Assembly: GCF_006345805.1 (NCBI RefSeq)
Contig: NC_043020.1
Location: 2,976,001 to 3,040,000 of the forward strand
DNA length: 64,000 bases
Reading direction: 5' to 3'
From: Octopus sinensis
Lineage: Eukaryota
Shown here: piece by piece, positions 1-13,434 of the stretch
How positions within the stretch are numbered: position 1 is the first letter of the stretch
How the letters are laid out: every line of letters starts with the position of its first letter
Made by a program: the position numbers and the translations under genes
Notes under the pieces: generated by a model
Told to the model about the DNA's origin: nothing
Databases searched by the model: none
Seen by the model: the letters and a program-made list of their open reading frames with translations, nothing else

Positions 1-119
1 AATATCTCACTTTAGGAGGACCCATGTTATGAGAACCTGGGTTTGTGAGTTTTATTTTTCCAGCACAAGGTCCAAATTTTCAGTGAAGTGTGAAAGCTTC
101 TACTACCATAACAAATACT

Positions 120-215
120 TGTGTGTGTTACCAAGAAATTTATAGAGAGCGAAAAAGTTCTTCGAAGCAAACAACTCTAGACTTGTTTTCTAAAAAGAAA
201 TCTACAAGTCTGTCT
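120..215 (+). mobile_element. Tigger/pogo-like transposase C-terminal remnant
   Basis: Translates CYQEIYRERKSSSKQTTLDLFSKKK, resembling the Tigger-type C-terminal motif (CY.EIY.EKK...QT.LD.FF). Confidence 0.5.
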
Positions 216-325
216 ATGAGTGCTTGTGAATCGGTAATTGCGTCTACAAGTGATGGTGTGTGTGTGAGTCGAGTGCACGTGAAAGTGATTCAGAAAACGA
301 TTATAATATTTAATATGGACGTTAA

Positions 326-620
326 ATGATGATGATGATGATGATGAACAACAGCAATAGCAGCAATCTCAAGACTACCAACAACAACAATGGCAATATC
401 AGTACCATCACTATCATCATCATCACCAACTACAACAACAACAGAAACAACAGCAATAAAAGTACAACTACCAACAACAATAGTAATAAAATGACACTAG
501 CAGTAGCAACTACAACAATGACAACAGCATTAGTAACACCACCACCACCACCACTACCACCACAAACAACAACAACAAAGCCAATACCATAACTAACAAT
601 AGCAGCAGCAGCAACAACAA
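326..620. repeat. Compound trinucleotide microsatellite (GAT/AAC/ACC/AGC). Similar arrays at 3855-4050, 6950-7250, 50900-51310, 58840-58990, 60785-60960
   Basis: Directly visible; these produce homopolymeric pseudo-ORFs. Confidence 0.95.
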
Positions 621-877
621 CAAAAATACATCAACAAAACTAATCAAATAAAATGTAACTGAATCTATAATGATATCAATCTATTGAACTAAACTGATGT
701 TTAACTAGCTTTGTAACCATGGCAACACAATCATTTTTATATTTTTATTTGTATATTCTTTTCATATCAACTGATGTTGATATGTTTAACCACAGGTCAG
801 CCTTGATAGTGTCAGCCTATGAGCAAAGGCATTTCAGCTGTGACCATCCAGTCTTTTCTTTTCGTAGTTTATCTGGA

Positions 878-1161
878 TCGTTACCAGCGTCGCCTTCCTG
901 GCACCTGTGCCGCTGGCATGTATAAAAAGATTCGAGCGAGGTCATTGCCAGTACCGCCTGACAGGCCCCTGTGCCGGCGGCACGTAAAAAGCACCCACTA
1001 CACTCTCGGAGTGGTTGGCGTTAGGAAGGGCATCCAGCTGTAGAAACTCTGCCAGATCAAGACTGGAGCCTGGTGCAGCCATCTGGTTCGCCAGTCCTCA
1101 GTCAAAATCGTCCAACCCATGCTAGCATGGAAAGCAGACGTTAAACGATGATGATGATGAT
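878..1161 (+). mobile_element. GAT-tailed RTE-LINE 3' end / RTE-related SINE copy. Other copies: 2846-3067(+), 4640-5069(+), 8221-8435(-), 15797-16070(-), 17606-17915(-), 22741-23230(-), 48686-48830(+), 54083-54267(+), 54870-55148(+), 61718-62192(+)
   Basis: Shared core GCACGTAAAAAGCACCCACTACAC...GGTTGGCGTTAGGAAGGGCATCCAGCTGTAGAAAC...CCCATGCTAGCATGGAAA..GACGTTAAACGATGATGATG, with variable 5' truncation. At 4640 and 61718 it follows RTE ORF C-terminal codons (WRYAV.MKTRQ; CGRGRPRKMW). Confidence 0.85.
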
Positions 1162-1764
1162 AATCTGGAAACTACATAATCCAATGTATCTTCACCTTTT
1201 TCTTGAGATACTGTGTTAATTGAGGGACATTTTGTTGTTTTTTCTTGCAATTTGACATGACTATGTAGGCTAATAGAGGAAGGGCCATACATAGGGATTT
1301 TCCAGGCTCAATGTAGACTTCATAATTAATAACTTAATAACAAAAAATTTAAATCAGAAATTCTGTTGTGTCTGGGGAGAGTCATTTTCTTTTTGTACCT
1401 TATTATGTAAGACACTTTTATCAAACGTCTAAGTTAAAGACCATAAACACACCAAAATCAATTGTCAAGCAGTGGCGATGGGGACAAACAAAGACCCAAA
1501 GACACACACTGAGATACGTGTGTGTGTACGATGAGCTTCTTTCAGTTTCTGTCTACTAAATCTACTGATGAATCTTTGTTCAACTTGAAGCTATAGTAGA
1601 AGACATTTGCCCAAGGTGCTATGCAGTGGGACTGAACCCAGTACCATGTGGTTGGGAGCAAGCTTCTTACACAGCCACATAAGTATACACGCACGTGTGT
1701 GTGTGTGCATGCACACACACAGAGTTGGGTTTTGCCTCCAGTACCACAGTACACAATAATATCA

Positions 1765-2050
1765 AAATGGTCAGCCATGTGAAATCGTCATTGTCCAAGC
1801 AGCTGAACCCAGTTGCCTCATTCCAACACCTTAAATCCAGTGGCCTTAAAAGGACCATTGATGAAGGGCTGTTGAAGAGGAAAGAAGAGGCAGACAGAGA
1901 AGATGGACAGTTAACATTAAAGAAGGGACAGGTCATTCATGGAGACCTGAACTTTGGTCTACAGTCAAAATAGATTTGAGAAGACTGGTGTACAGTGTAT
2001 CACAACAATACCATTAGAACTCCAACAGAAGTCGAAAGCTGAAGCAAGGA
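1765..2050 (+). mobile_element. Decayed RTE LINE C-terminal fragment
   Basis: Frameshifted KW.GHV...LKRTIDEG...RRGRQRRWTVNIKEGTG, resembling RTE C-termini. Confidence 0.5.
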
Positions 2051-2114
2051 AGCAAAGCTAAGTTAAGATTTGATCGGAAACGAGGCTCCGGCAGTGGGTG
2101 GTGGCGACCCCTGT

Positions 2115-2320
2115 TGTAATCTTTCTCTCACTCTTTCTTCCTGTTTCTTGTCCCCAACTTCCTACACAACCGCTGAGCCTGGATGCGCATTCATACATCC
2201 GTCGATGCTCTCGGTGTCGGGGGTTGACTTGCTTTCTCTTCTGCAGGTCTTACGAACAGCAAAGGACCACGTTTTGGACTTCTCCCACTACAGAAGACCA
2301 CTTCACTCAACAGCAACAAC
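2115..2320 (-). mobile_element. CpG-rich probable RTE-type 3' end, next to the RAD52 donor
   Basis: Minus strand WSFAVRKTCR resembles the WRYAV.KT end of the other RTE copies. Confidence 0.35.
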
Positions 2321-2362
2321 AACAGCAACAACTCCCCCCCGAAAAGTTTAGGGGCAACTTAC

Positions 2363-2464
2363 TTTTTGACCGCCAGCTCCAATTCTCTGAGAGATAAAAT
2401 TTGGACCCAGTTTTTGTCGTAGGACTTTTTGAATAGCATCATGTTCTTCTGCAGTGAACTGTTC
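2363..2464 (-). CDS. RAD52: Internal coding exon of DNA repair protein RAD52 (N-terminal ssDNA-annealing domain), 34 codons, phase 0-0
   Basis: Minus strand reads tttgtttcAG|GAA CAG TTC...GGT CAA AAA|GTaagt = [34 protein letters not shown]. This matches the RAD52 segment I recall from human ([34 protein letters not shown]) in length and exon boundaries. The next exon (YIEG...GW.HS) was not found in 1-2362. Confidence 0.93.
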
Positions 2465-2571
2465 CTGAAACAAACCAAAGGACATTTAAATCATCTTTTA
2501 ACATTTATTCTGTCAGAAAACAATAAATGTTTGAGTGTGGCTAAAGCATAAGCAAACGAAATTTCTCATAC

Positions 2572-2626
2572 TTGTTGGTTGCCATCGGCATCATTGATAA
2601 AAGATGGCGAAGAATCACAGAATTGG
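2572..2626 (-). CDS. Candidate upstream RAD52 exon (QFCDSSPSFINDADGNQQ)
   Basis: ttgtcatttatAG|55 nt|GTatga. It ends in phase 0, compatible with the RAD52 exon across a 107-bp intron, but shows no recognisable homology and has no in-frame ATG. Confidence 0.25.
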
Positions 2627-3230
2627 CTATAAATGACAAGCAGCAGAATCACTCCATTATTTTGCAGCAAAGCGGGGTGGGGGGTGGAAATGGGAGAAAG
2701 ATGGAAAACTGTTGGAAACAGTAAAAAAAGAAGGAACAAAATAACAACAACAGCAATAATAATAATAATGATGATAATAAACCTAGATAAAAAGGCAAAC
2801 AAAAGACTGGAAGTTCCTCACAAAAAAGTGCTCACCACTATATAGAACCTGTGCCAGCCTCACCTGGCACCTGTGCCAGTGGCACGTAAAAAGCACCCAC
2901 TCCACTCACGGAGTGGTTGACATTAGGAAGGGCATTCAGCTGTAGAAACACTGCCAGATCAGACTGGAGCCTGGTGCAGCCATCTGCTTCGCCAGCCCTC
3001 AGTCAAATCATCCAACCCATGCTAGCATGGAGAACGGACGTTAAATGATGATGATGATGATGACGATGTTTAACATTCACTTTTCAAAGCTTACACTGGT
3101 CTGACGGACTTTGTTGAGGCAGATTTTCTACAGCTGGATGCCCTTCCTCATCTTTTTCCAAGCAAGGTAATATTTTCCCCTAGCTAGACAGGTTTTTCAT
3201 AAAAGAAACAAACAACCTCATTTCTTAGAC

Positions 3231-3431
3231 CAGTGCTTTTCAAACTTTTTGCTGGAGCGGAACCCCAAGGAAGCATTCCACTGGCTTGAGGAACCCCTGT
3301 GCAATAATTCAATAGACTTATGCACACATATCTGCACAGGAGAATTAAAAATTACTACGATTTTAGCAGTTTTGGTAACTTCTTGCGGAACCCCTGGACT
3401 GTACTGGCGGAACCCTGGTTGAAAACCACTG
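3231..3431. mobile_element. hAT (Charlie-type) MITE, 201 bp
   Basis: TIRs CAGTGCTTTTCAAAC / GTTGAAAACCACTG; perfect 8-bp TSD TCTTAGAC at 3223-30 and 3432-39. Confidence 0.9.
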
Positions 3432-3914
3432 TCTTAGACAATAATGCTCATTTACAACCATCGCTTAATATCTATAGATGAGTACACACAAAACACACAC
3501 ACACATACACATACCTGCACACACACACACACACACAACCAGCTTCTCTCAGTTTCTCTATCAAATCCACTCACGACTTTTGATTTGAAAATGTTAGATT
3601 CAAAATTCTGATGCAACAACAGAGTTCAGAACCTGAAGAAAGCTGGAGCGTACGACAGCTGGGACATAGTGAAATAAGAATCAAGATGAGGACAGCAATC
3701 CAACAAATATAAATAGTATCTTTATATATAAATTCCTCATCTCACAAATATAGAATTGTGTAATTATATTATAATATACAGATAATTATAATACACAAAC
3801 ACACAAACACAAAACATATATCAACATTTGTATGAGTTGTTTTTATGCATATCATTGATGATGATGATGATAAGAATGACAATGATGATAATGATCATGA
3901 CAGGGGTGGTGGTG

Positions 3915-3949
<35 letters not shown>

Positions 3950-4013
3950 GATGGTGAAGATGATAGCGATGTGGAGGAAGGTGGTGGTGGTGGTGGTGGT
4001 GACAATGACAACT

Positions 4014-4051
<38 letters not shown>

Positions 4052-4476
4052 GCACCTGCTGTATTTCAAACAACTTATTCGTCTCTAAGATATGATCTGG
4101 AGCCGAGGGAGAGATCGAGTTTCAGCACAAAAATCTGCAATCACGAGACATTGTGGTGCTATGCAATTACACCAGAGAGAGAGAGAGTGAGAGAGAGAGA
4201 GTGTGTGTGTGTGTGTAAAAAAAAAAAATTTTATATATATATATATTTACAATGTGCATTTTCGTTGATTTTTCTTAATTTCCCCTTACATTTACACGTG
4301 TAGTTTCTATTTTCTTTTTGTAACATATTTCTATTATATATATACACACACACACATATATATCATGTATGCATGCACGCATATGTGTATGTATATTCAA
4401 ATTTACAAGAAGAAAAAGGAACTCAATACAGATGCAGAGCATCATTATTGCAGTGCTGATACGTATACATACAATG

Positions 4477-4528
<52 letters not shown>

Positions 4529-5970
4529 ACACAGTAAGAGAAAACAGGTTTGGATTACCAGCTGAAAGAGTAGAAACTTATCAGTTATGATTTGTTAAAG
4601 AATACTCTACATTGTGTATTTAGTTCTGTAACTTGTCACATCTTGGAGATATGCTGTGACTATGAAGACCCGACAAATGAAGTGAGTCCATGGCTCGCAG
4701 GGCGGCCTGCTGTGCTAACCTTGGATCGTAGAGTGACCCACTGTTCTTGAGGGGACCTACTGAGTCAAGTATGTTAACCCCAACATCAAAATGAAAATCA
4801 AATGGAAATTGTAGTTAGGATACCCGTGTCGGTGACACGTAAAAGCACCAACCGATCGTGGCCGTTTGCCAGCCTCGTCTGGTCCCTGTGCAGGTGGCAC
4901 GTAAATTGCACCCACTACACTCACGGAGTGGTTGGCGTTAGGAAGTGCATCCAGCTGTAGAAACACTGCCAGATCAGACTGGAGCCTGGTGCAGCCTCCT
5001 GGCTTCCCAGACCCCAGTCGAACTGTCCAACCCATGCTAGCATGGAAAACGGACATCAAACGATGATGATAGCGAGCTGTAAGAATTGTTAGCATTTTGG
5101 ATAAAATGCTTAGTGGCATTTTGTCCATCTTTATGTTCTGAGTTCAAATTCTGCAATGGTTAACTTTGCCTTTCATCCTTACAGTATCAATAAAAAAAAA
5201 AGGATTAGTTGAACACTGGGGCTGATGTAATCAACATACCCCCTCCTCTGACACTGCTGGACTTTGAAACCAATATGTGTGTGTGTGTGTTATGGACTCA
5301 CTTGTCATTAGACAACAGATGAGGGTTCCATAAATTCTTGCTGAACAACCACATAAGCTCACTTCCTTCATCAATTCAACATTACCTGCACAGGTGCAGA
5401 TGTTGAAACCACTTCCTCCTAAAATCCCTTCCCACTTTATTTTCCACCAGTCACCAATCAATGCAGGGTAGCCACATTTCTCCTCCACAGCAAGACCTCA
5501 ATGCTTGTTTCTCTTTCATATGTTAGGCTCTCAAAACTTCTACCAACTCCACTCAGTTGAGGGTTTTGTGTGTGTGTGTGTCTTGCAAGTTACTTGAGGC
5601 CTTCACAAGTGCCAGTATCACACACACACACACAAAAAGTCATCCAGTATATTGTAAAGTGGTTGCCATGAAGAAGGGCATCCAACCATAGAAACCAGAG
5701 CAGACATCAGTGCTTGGAGCAATCTTCCAGCTATCTGGATCCTGCTAAACTGACCAGTCCATGCAAGCAAGTTGGACTTTCAATGATGATGATGATAAAG
5801 ATGAAGCACATGCACACCCACACACATATATATATTTTCTAGTTTCACAAGTGTTATATATGAAACTCAAGGCTTCCAAATGATTTCCAGAGTGCTTACA
5901 GCTTTAAAAATACAAAATCTTCTCCCTATTACTACCTCCTTCCCTTTCTCTGTATACATACATGCATGTG

Positions 5971-6032
<62 letters not shown>

Positions 6033-6525
6033 TGCAGACACACACATACATAACTATGTGTTTATAAATAGACACACACACATGGTTCCTGTGTGTATGC
6101 TTGTGTGAGAAGAAAAGCAGAGAGGAAAATGGTGCAAAAAGAAGAGAAAGAAATGAGAAGATGATTCTAGGTTGGGTAAGAAATGGAAAGTGGGGGAGGA
6201 GGGGGGGGGGTGTATGTAATTAATGTCAGAACAGCAAAGACAGCTGTCTGCTTCCTTGAGTTTGTAAACTTTGAACAATATTTAATAGATGTGTTAACAG
6301 CTCTGACACCACACATGTAGTATGACTACCATCTCTAGCCTCATCACCACCATCACTGCTACCCACACTCCCACACTGCCATCAAACACCATCAAGACCA
6401 TTCCTAAACTTCAAGGCTACCATTTCTGTTTCTCCGAAGAACTATACACAAGTCCCACTCCCAGAAAAGTCTGCCACTACAAAGGAGGTCCATAAAGATC
6501 ATATTTGGTGCCACTGCCAACATTT

Positions 6526-6941
6526 AGGCACAGGAGTGGCTGTGTGGTAAGTAGCTTGCTTACCAACCACATGGTTCTGGGTTCAGTCCCACTGCGTGGC
6601 ACCTTGGGCAAATGTCTTCTATTATAGCATCAGGCCGATCAATGCCTTGTGAGTGGATTTCGTAGACGGAAACTGAAAGAAGCCCGTCGTATATATGTAT
6701 GTGTGTATGCATGTGTGTGTATATGTTTGTGTGTCTGTGTTTGTCCTCCTAGCATTGCTTGACAACCAATGCTGGTGTGTTTACGTCCCCGTCACTTAGC
6801 GGTTCGGCAAAAGAGAACGACAGAATAAGTACTAGGCTTACAAAGAATAAGTCCTGGGGTCAATTTGCTCGACTAAAGGCGGTGCTCCAGCATGGCCACA
6901 GTCAAATGACAGAAACAAGTAAATGAGTAAAAGAGTAAAGA
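6526..6941 (+). mobile_element. tRNA-derived SINE family 1, full length with internal (TG)n. Second full copy at 26089-26487(+); partial copies at 1534-1680(-), 12316-12702(+), 17075-17230(-), 32440-32810(-), 36380-36730(-), 37190-37330(-), 43895-44000(-), 56108-56280(+), 57075-57215(-)
   Basis: A-box-like TGGCTGTGTGG, B-box-like GGTTCAGTCCC, CCTTGGGCAAG central motif, and 3' GGTGCTCCAGCATGGCC..AGTCAAATGAC.GAAACAAGTAAA; multiple copies in the window. Confidence 0.88.
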
Positions 6942-7376
6942 GATACCATCAATAGAAATTATCATCACCATCTCTACCACCAATACCATCACCACTACCA
7001 TGGCAATACCAACAGCATCGCTACCACCAGTGACACCAACACAACTACCATCACAACACCAACAACATCAGTAACACCATCTCTACTACCAGCAGCACTA
7101 CCAACACCACCACCACCACCACCACCAGCAATTATGATGATACCACCACCACCCCTGCCAAAATAACCCTAAACAGAAACACCATCACCACCACTATAAC
7201 CAGCGACTCCACACCACCACCAGTACCACCACCACCACCATCACAACCAGGATTCCATATAAGAAATTACCAAAGTGATTTTGATTAATGGTTAGATTTA
7301 AACATACTTTGCATATGGTGTGTGTGTGTGTGGTGTGTGGTGTGTGTATGTGGTGTGTGTGTGGTGTGTGTATGTG

Positions 7377-7409
<33 letters not shown>

Positions 7410-7839
7410 GTGTGTGTGGTGTGTGTGTGTATGTGGTACGATGTGTGTGCTTTGTGTTTTCACAAAATTCTTTTCAGAACCAAAGACTAACATCAAACAC
7501 ATTGAAAAATGATGGAAGCAAAAATATATTTTTACAAAGAAAAAAAATTTCTGCTCAATTGTTATTCTTGAAAACACAATTAAAAACAACCAACAACAAT
7601 ATGTAAATAAATTTAAAAACCCAACAAAAATAATAGATTATTATTTTTTTAACATGTGAGAGGGAGAGGAGGAAGAGAAGAGTAAGCAATCAGTCTATTG
7701 GCACCAATATTATATTGGCAACTGAAATCTATGGCAGAAACGCACCAAGCCTTCTGATGTTCTGCAGATATTGCATGGGAATTGTTTTACAGAATTTAAT
7801 AAAACCAAGAAAGCAGAAATGATACAATTTGAAGAGAAA

Positions 7840-7931
7840 TGGCTTTATGTACGTACGTACGTACGTACATACATACATGCATACATACACACACACATTT
7901 AAATGCATATATATTCATATATGTGTGTATG

Positions 7932-7963
<32 letters not shown>

Positions 7964-8220
7964 CATATAGATATATACATATATGTATATACACTTACAT
8001 ATATATATGTATGTACATAAACATGTATATACATACATATCTATATATATATACATACATATCTATATATATACATACATATCTATATATATATATACAT
8101 ACATATCTATCTATATATATATATATACATGCATACATATATATACATACATATATATATACATACATACATATATATACATACATATATATGCATACAT
8201 ATATATATGTACATATATAT
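7840..8220. repeat. Long compound (TA)/(TACA)/(TATC) array. Other large dinucleotide arrays at 4478-4530, 5965-6050, 7315-7450, 11444-11520, 12990-13200, 25330-25575, 35720-35780, 55148-55250
   Basis: Directly visible simple repeats. Confidence 0.95.
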
Positions 8221-8459
8221 CATCATCATCGTTTAATGTCCGCTTTCCATGCTAGCATGGGTTGGACAATTTGACTGAGGACTGGCAAACCAGATGGCTG
8301 CACCAGGCTCCAATCTTGATCTGGCAGAGTTTCTACAGCTGGATGATGCCCTTCCTAATGCCAACCACTCTGAGAATGTAGTGGCTGCTTTTATGTGCCA
8401 CCGGCACGAGGGCGTCAGGTGGTACTGGTAACGGTCAGATAAGAATGCATAGATAACAC

Positions 8460-9130
8460 AAGGAGTCTTAGCATCACTCAGTAAGACCTTTGTCGGTCCC
8501 TCTCCAGCTATTCATTTTGAGTTGTATATGGTTATGGTACACCCAGAGTTCGCATCCTCAGTCTGGATCCTCCATCTTGCTTGGCATCTCAGTCTCCTGG
8601 AAACCATTCAGAAATGTGCAACTGGACAAATACCTGACATAGGGCATCCGCCATACTCTGAATGTCTTGTTTCCCTGGGTATGGACACATCAAAGCTCCA
8701 ATGTTTGGCAACTGGCCTGGTAGGCATCCACAAGATTATCTACCATCTTTCCAATAAAAACCTCGGGCACCTTTCTGAATTCCATACGTTTAGCATTCGG
8801 GGACATGCTTACAAAAATCAAAAGACACCACAGCACTCATCACTTTCAGAAACATTTTTTAATGCTCAGAATTGCTGAAGTATAGAATAAACTAACTGCG
8901 CCAGTTGTTAGCTGTTGAGACACTACATCCTTCAAAACTTCCATGCTCCCTAAAATTCACCAACAGTACACCTGATGCCCCCCAACCTCGTTTTTTGTTT
9001 CCTCTTTGTAGACTTATTCGCTGTTCCCTTCCTGTGCATATTTTGTGCACTGTTCATGCTACTTTGGTTACTTTTTTCTGTTGAGTTGCAGTGCACCTGA
9101 GCACAATACACAATAAGTTCATTATATATA
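8460..9130 (+). mobile_element. CR1-clade LINE 3' fragment (post-RT region and 3' UTR), decayed
   Basis: EFASSVW...LLETIQKCAT.QIP.I.HPPYSECL.SLG...RGHAYK...FF, then VVSC..TTSFK. Confidence 0.8.
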
Positions 9131-9869
9131 AGTCTACCTGTATGTAATTTACTTGCCCTTTTGGAATGCACACACATTCACACAGAAAGTATGGCTGACA
9201 CTTAAAAGAAAAACGCTAATAATAAAAATGTATCCAACACGCTTGAATTTGAACTAACTTGAATTGACCATTCTGCTTTGAAATGGACTGGTTTCATTGA
9301 AAATAGATTTTATTTCTGAAACAGATGTGATCCTGGCTTATTTTTTTTTCTTCTTTATTTTTCTCTCCTTGTCCTTCCAATTTCAAATGAACACAATTAC
9401 TTGGTCAATATAATTAATTTATTAGCTAATACTACTCCATTGTTTTGTGTTGAAGATGTACAATATACAGAAACAGGCTGCCCATAAATATAGAACTGGT
9501 AGGAAATGTCACATACTGAATACAGTATATCCTCTTGGGTCACTAACTCATAATAATGATTTTGAAAAAAAGAAAAATGAAAGAAAATGAATTTAATATT
9601 TGGCCAACTTTGGGAAGATCCCCTTCTTTCTACACATTTTCCACATTCAACAATCTTTCATGGTGGCATTCTGAGTCCTCATTCTTTCATTTGCCAATTA
9701 AAAACATGCACCCTTACAATTTCAGACAGAGTTTTCCTCAACAACATCTTGGTTCCCTCTGATACACTACCTTGAAAGTTGTAACACCTCACACATTTAC
9801 TATTATTATGCTTTTTGCTTTCTCTTACCGTTATTGACTTCATATTTTTTCAAGTTTTCCTTCCAGTGA

Positions 9870-10478
9870 CATGGTTTTCCTCTTGGCTGCCCTTTCTTTC
9901 ATTCTTTGCCAGGCCTACTTTTTAACTTCTATGGCTCTCTCTCTCTCTCTCTCCATGATGACATTCCAACTCCATATTACTTTCCATCTAGCAGTGACTT
10001 ACACCTGCTACAAATCTGATTTGCTGTTTACAGCAAGGTATCCCACAGCACCTGTCAGCTGTCCTCCATGTCCTAGATCTCTACCATTTCCTCCTTTTCA
10101 TCATATCAATCATTTACAATGACTCTCAACACATATTTAGCAGATCAATGTTCTAGCTTCCACAGCTTCCTTCTCCAGACTGCTTTTGCTTCTTAGTCTG
10201 AAGTCCTCACTAACCAGGCAACGACTTAGCATTTGCAATAATTTGTCTACTTCAATTCCTGGTGAGACAGAAATCTATCTGGCTTGCGTGTCCACTTTAT
10301 TTGATGGTGATCAAGTGGCTAGTTGGTATCCCAAATTTCATGTTGGAAGTGGTTAGTTCATTTGCATCACAGAACTCCAGAAGCCTTGGCCTCTCCTCAC
10401 TTCTAGAACCATATCCAGAGCTACCATGTACTCCAGGCAAGCCATTATGGTGTGACCAAAATGTCCATTGACGTGAAT
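9870..10478 (-). mobile_element. RTE LINE AP-endonuclease/linker fragment, decayed
   Basis: NGHFG...HGSSGYGSR...RLLEFCDANEL...SHLIT..SGHASQIDF.LTR; related to 15303-15795. Confidence 0.75.
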
Positions 10479-10589
10479 AGCCAAAGTTATGGTGTTACTA
10501 TTCTCATTGAAGCAGCTATTTTACTCATCTTGATTGTGGGGTATATATACATACACATATACATACACACACTTTAAGTTAAAAAAAGG

Positions 10590-10635
<46 letters not shown>

Positions 10636-10636
<1 letters not shown>

Positions 10637-10710
10637 GCGAGGTTATGAAGCAGATAGAAGAGATGGGCTATCAGTACTTGGGGATATTGAGAATGGATAA
10701 ATCCATGGAG
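10636..10710 (+). mobile_element. R4/Dong-like RT fragment abutting (TAA)n
   Basis: EVMKQIEEMGYQYLGILRMDK resembles the R4-clade GYKYLGI motif; directly follows (TAA)n at 10594-10634. Confidence 0.45.
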
Positions 10711-11441
10711 GGGATAAGTCATTTACATCGACTCCAGTGTTCAACTGGTACTTATTTTATCGACCACAAAAGGGGGAAAGGTAAAGTTGATCTCAGCAGA
10801 ATTTGAACCCAGAGCATAAAAACGGACAAATGCCGCCAAACACTTTTGCCTGGTGTGCTAACAATTCTGTCACCTCACTGCCTTCAGTAATATTAACAGT
10901 AATAATAATAATTATTATTATTATTATCATTATTATTATTATTATATAGTTGAAGTAAAGATAGAATTTGAGAGAAAATGAAAATGAACTTTTCTTGAAT
11001 TCATAAAAACTGCGGAATTCTTCAGCAAGAGTACAAGACTTTCAATATTTATTTTGTCAGTAAGGAAACAATTTAAAAGATAAACCAGAATGGTTTTAAA
11101 AATTTTAAAAGCAACGAGAGAGAGAGAGAGAGAGAAGTGGAGAGAGAGAGAGAGAGGGGGGTGGGTGGGTATGGCATGGAGTAAAAGAGAACAAGTGTGA
11201 TTTCGTAGTTGGTGCTGTGCCAAATTCTGCTAAGAGGACTAGCAAACATAAACAAGTTGAATAAACAGAAAAAAAGACACGAAGAAAAAAAATCAAGAAA
11301 AGAAAATACAAAGACAATAAAGATACGAAAAGTACAAAAAAACATCTAATAATAATAAAAATAAAACTAGAAAAACAACAGAAACTGCAAGAGACTTCCT
11401 TCATACAAATATCTACATATGATACAAGAAATAAGTAACAT

Positions 11442-11495
<54 letters not shown>

Positions 11496-12039
11496 TGTGT
11501 GTGTGTGTGTGTGTGTGTGCATGTATTTTTTTTAATCTGCAGAAGTGTATTAGAAGTTACTAAGTGACTCAAAGGCTGCAAGTTTTGAGTATAGTAATTA
11601 TCAAAACTATCATATGTGTGTGTGTGTGTATGTATATACACACACACACACACATACATACATATACATACATAAATCTATCTATATATATATATGTGAG
11701 TGTGTGTGTGTGTGTGTTTATGTCAAGTTCCATATAAAAGTCATTTAACATCAAACTAAAGAATTACTCAATACTTTTTAATGCAGCAGATAACTATTAA
11801 ATGTTTGCAAGAACTTTGGGTGACAGTCTGACAGGGGCTGGCAGGCCAAAACTTCGAAGTTACTGTCACCCTAATTAACATCAGTGTGTGTGTGTGTGTG
11901 TGTGCACAACAAAGTAATGATCCTACATCTTGGATGCTGCTGCTGTAGCACACATGGACATCTTAGACCCCTTTTATAGAAAGGGTCCTTGACTGATGAA
12001 CAGAAAGCAACTAACTCACAGACACCAATCTCTGACCAA

Positions 12040-12265
12040 CACACATACTGCCTCTGCTCTTTGCCGGGGTTTTACCACTACTGCTATAATGGCCCCTGCT
12101 GCCCATCTCATGCTGCCTCCACAAAAGCAAACCCCTGATGCTGTTCACCACCACAATAACAATTAAACTTCTCTCTGCTTCCCTAGAACAGTATTCCTCT
12201 GGAATTCCTTTCCTACATCCTACAGTAGACTTACAACAATTTAATAATATAACTTTCAGTGGCCC
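12040..12265 (+). mobile_element. L2/CR1-group LINE 3' end, decayed
   Basis: FYHYCYNG...S.PRT.FLWNS....VDLQQFN resembles the C-terminus of this group. Confidence 0.45.
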
Positions 12266-13420
12266 CTACATCCAGGCAAAGCCAATAAGTGTGTGTGTGT
12301 GTGTGTGTGTGTACAGACGCAGGCATGGCTGTGTGGTAAGAGACTGGCTTCCCAGCAACCTGGTTCTGCTTTCAGTCCCACTTCATGGCACCTTGGGCAA
12401 GTGTCTTCTGTTATACTCTTGGGCTGACCAAAGCCTTGTGATTAGATCTAGTAGACAGAAACTGGAAGAAGCCCACCATGCATGTGTGTGTGTGCCTTTG
12501 TAGCCCCACCACTGCTTGACAACTGGTATTGATGTGTTTATGTGACCATAACTTAGTGCTTAGGCAAAATATACCAACAGAATAAGTACCTGGCTTAACA
12601 AAAGAAATCTAAGTACCGAGGTTGATTCATTCAACTAAAAATCCTTCAAGGCGGTGCCCCAGCATGGTCAAAATCTAATGACTGAAACAAGTAAAGAAAA
12701 AAATCCAAGATGTGCCTGTTTGTGTTTGTACACACACACACACACATACATATACACATATATGAGTATGTGTGTGCACTCACATCAATAACCGTTAATA
12801 AAATAAAGATTTATAAATGTCAACAGCCATTAGAGGGAGAGAATTTCATAAAAGTTGTCTGCAAAAACTGAAGTTTTCAACATAGACACACACACGTATG
12901 CAGTTTCACAGAAGCTTGAAATGAACAAACACATGTACATACATGTGTTCGTTAATGTGTCCATGCATCCACGCACCTACATAGATGTACTTTTAGATAG
13001 ATGTACATCCCACCCACAATACACACACACACACACATATACATACATATACATATATATATATATACATATATACACATACATATATATATACACACAC
13101 ACTCATATACATACATATATATATATATACACACACATACGCATATACACACACACACACATATATACATACATACACACATGTGCATATATCCATATGT
13201 TTGTTTATTTATATCTACCCAAGTAGATTTAACTTCTTTTAAATTGTACATCACAAAGTAGGATTCTGCTTGCCTCACCAAACACGGTGAAGTTGCTCTG
13301 GCAATTTGTTTATCATTTGTTGTTGTTATTGTTTTGGAAAATGAGGCAGTTGGCATCACTTGTAGGAGTTCACTAGTTGCAGTTGATTCGAGGGATTCTT
13401 GCTCAACTCCAAGTAGGTCA

Positions 13421-13434
13421 GTTGCCATAGCAAC
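13421..13434. promoter_or_regulatory. RFX X-box consensus match GTTGCCATAGCAAC (also 713-726 GTAACCATGGCAAC and 34119-34132 GTTGCCATAGTAAC)
   Basis: Exact fits to GTNRCC-AT-RGYAAC. Motif match only; no promoter context established. Confidence 0.3.

Noticed and set aside
3633-3674. CTGAAGA followed by an AGCTG/CAGCT hairpin and a later GAAA
   Set aside because: GAAA is about 10 nt from the helix, and there is no helix I/III pairing.
3845-4303. 152-aa acidic/Gly-rich ORF and similar long ORFs (326-592, 7903-8274, 11105-11659, 60787-61173, etc.)
   Set aside because: They are translations of trinucleotide or dinucleotide microsatellites, open in several frames on both strands, with no domain signal.
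6526-6610. tRNA gene calls for SINE heads
   Set aside because: A/B boxes are present but there is no cloverleaf or acceptor stem, and each continues into SINE body sequence.
11993-12006. CTGATGA-ACA-GAAA hammerhead-like core
   Set aside because: No helix II is possible with 3 nt, and helices I and III do not pair.
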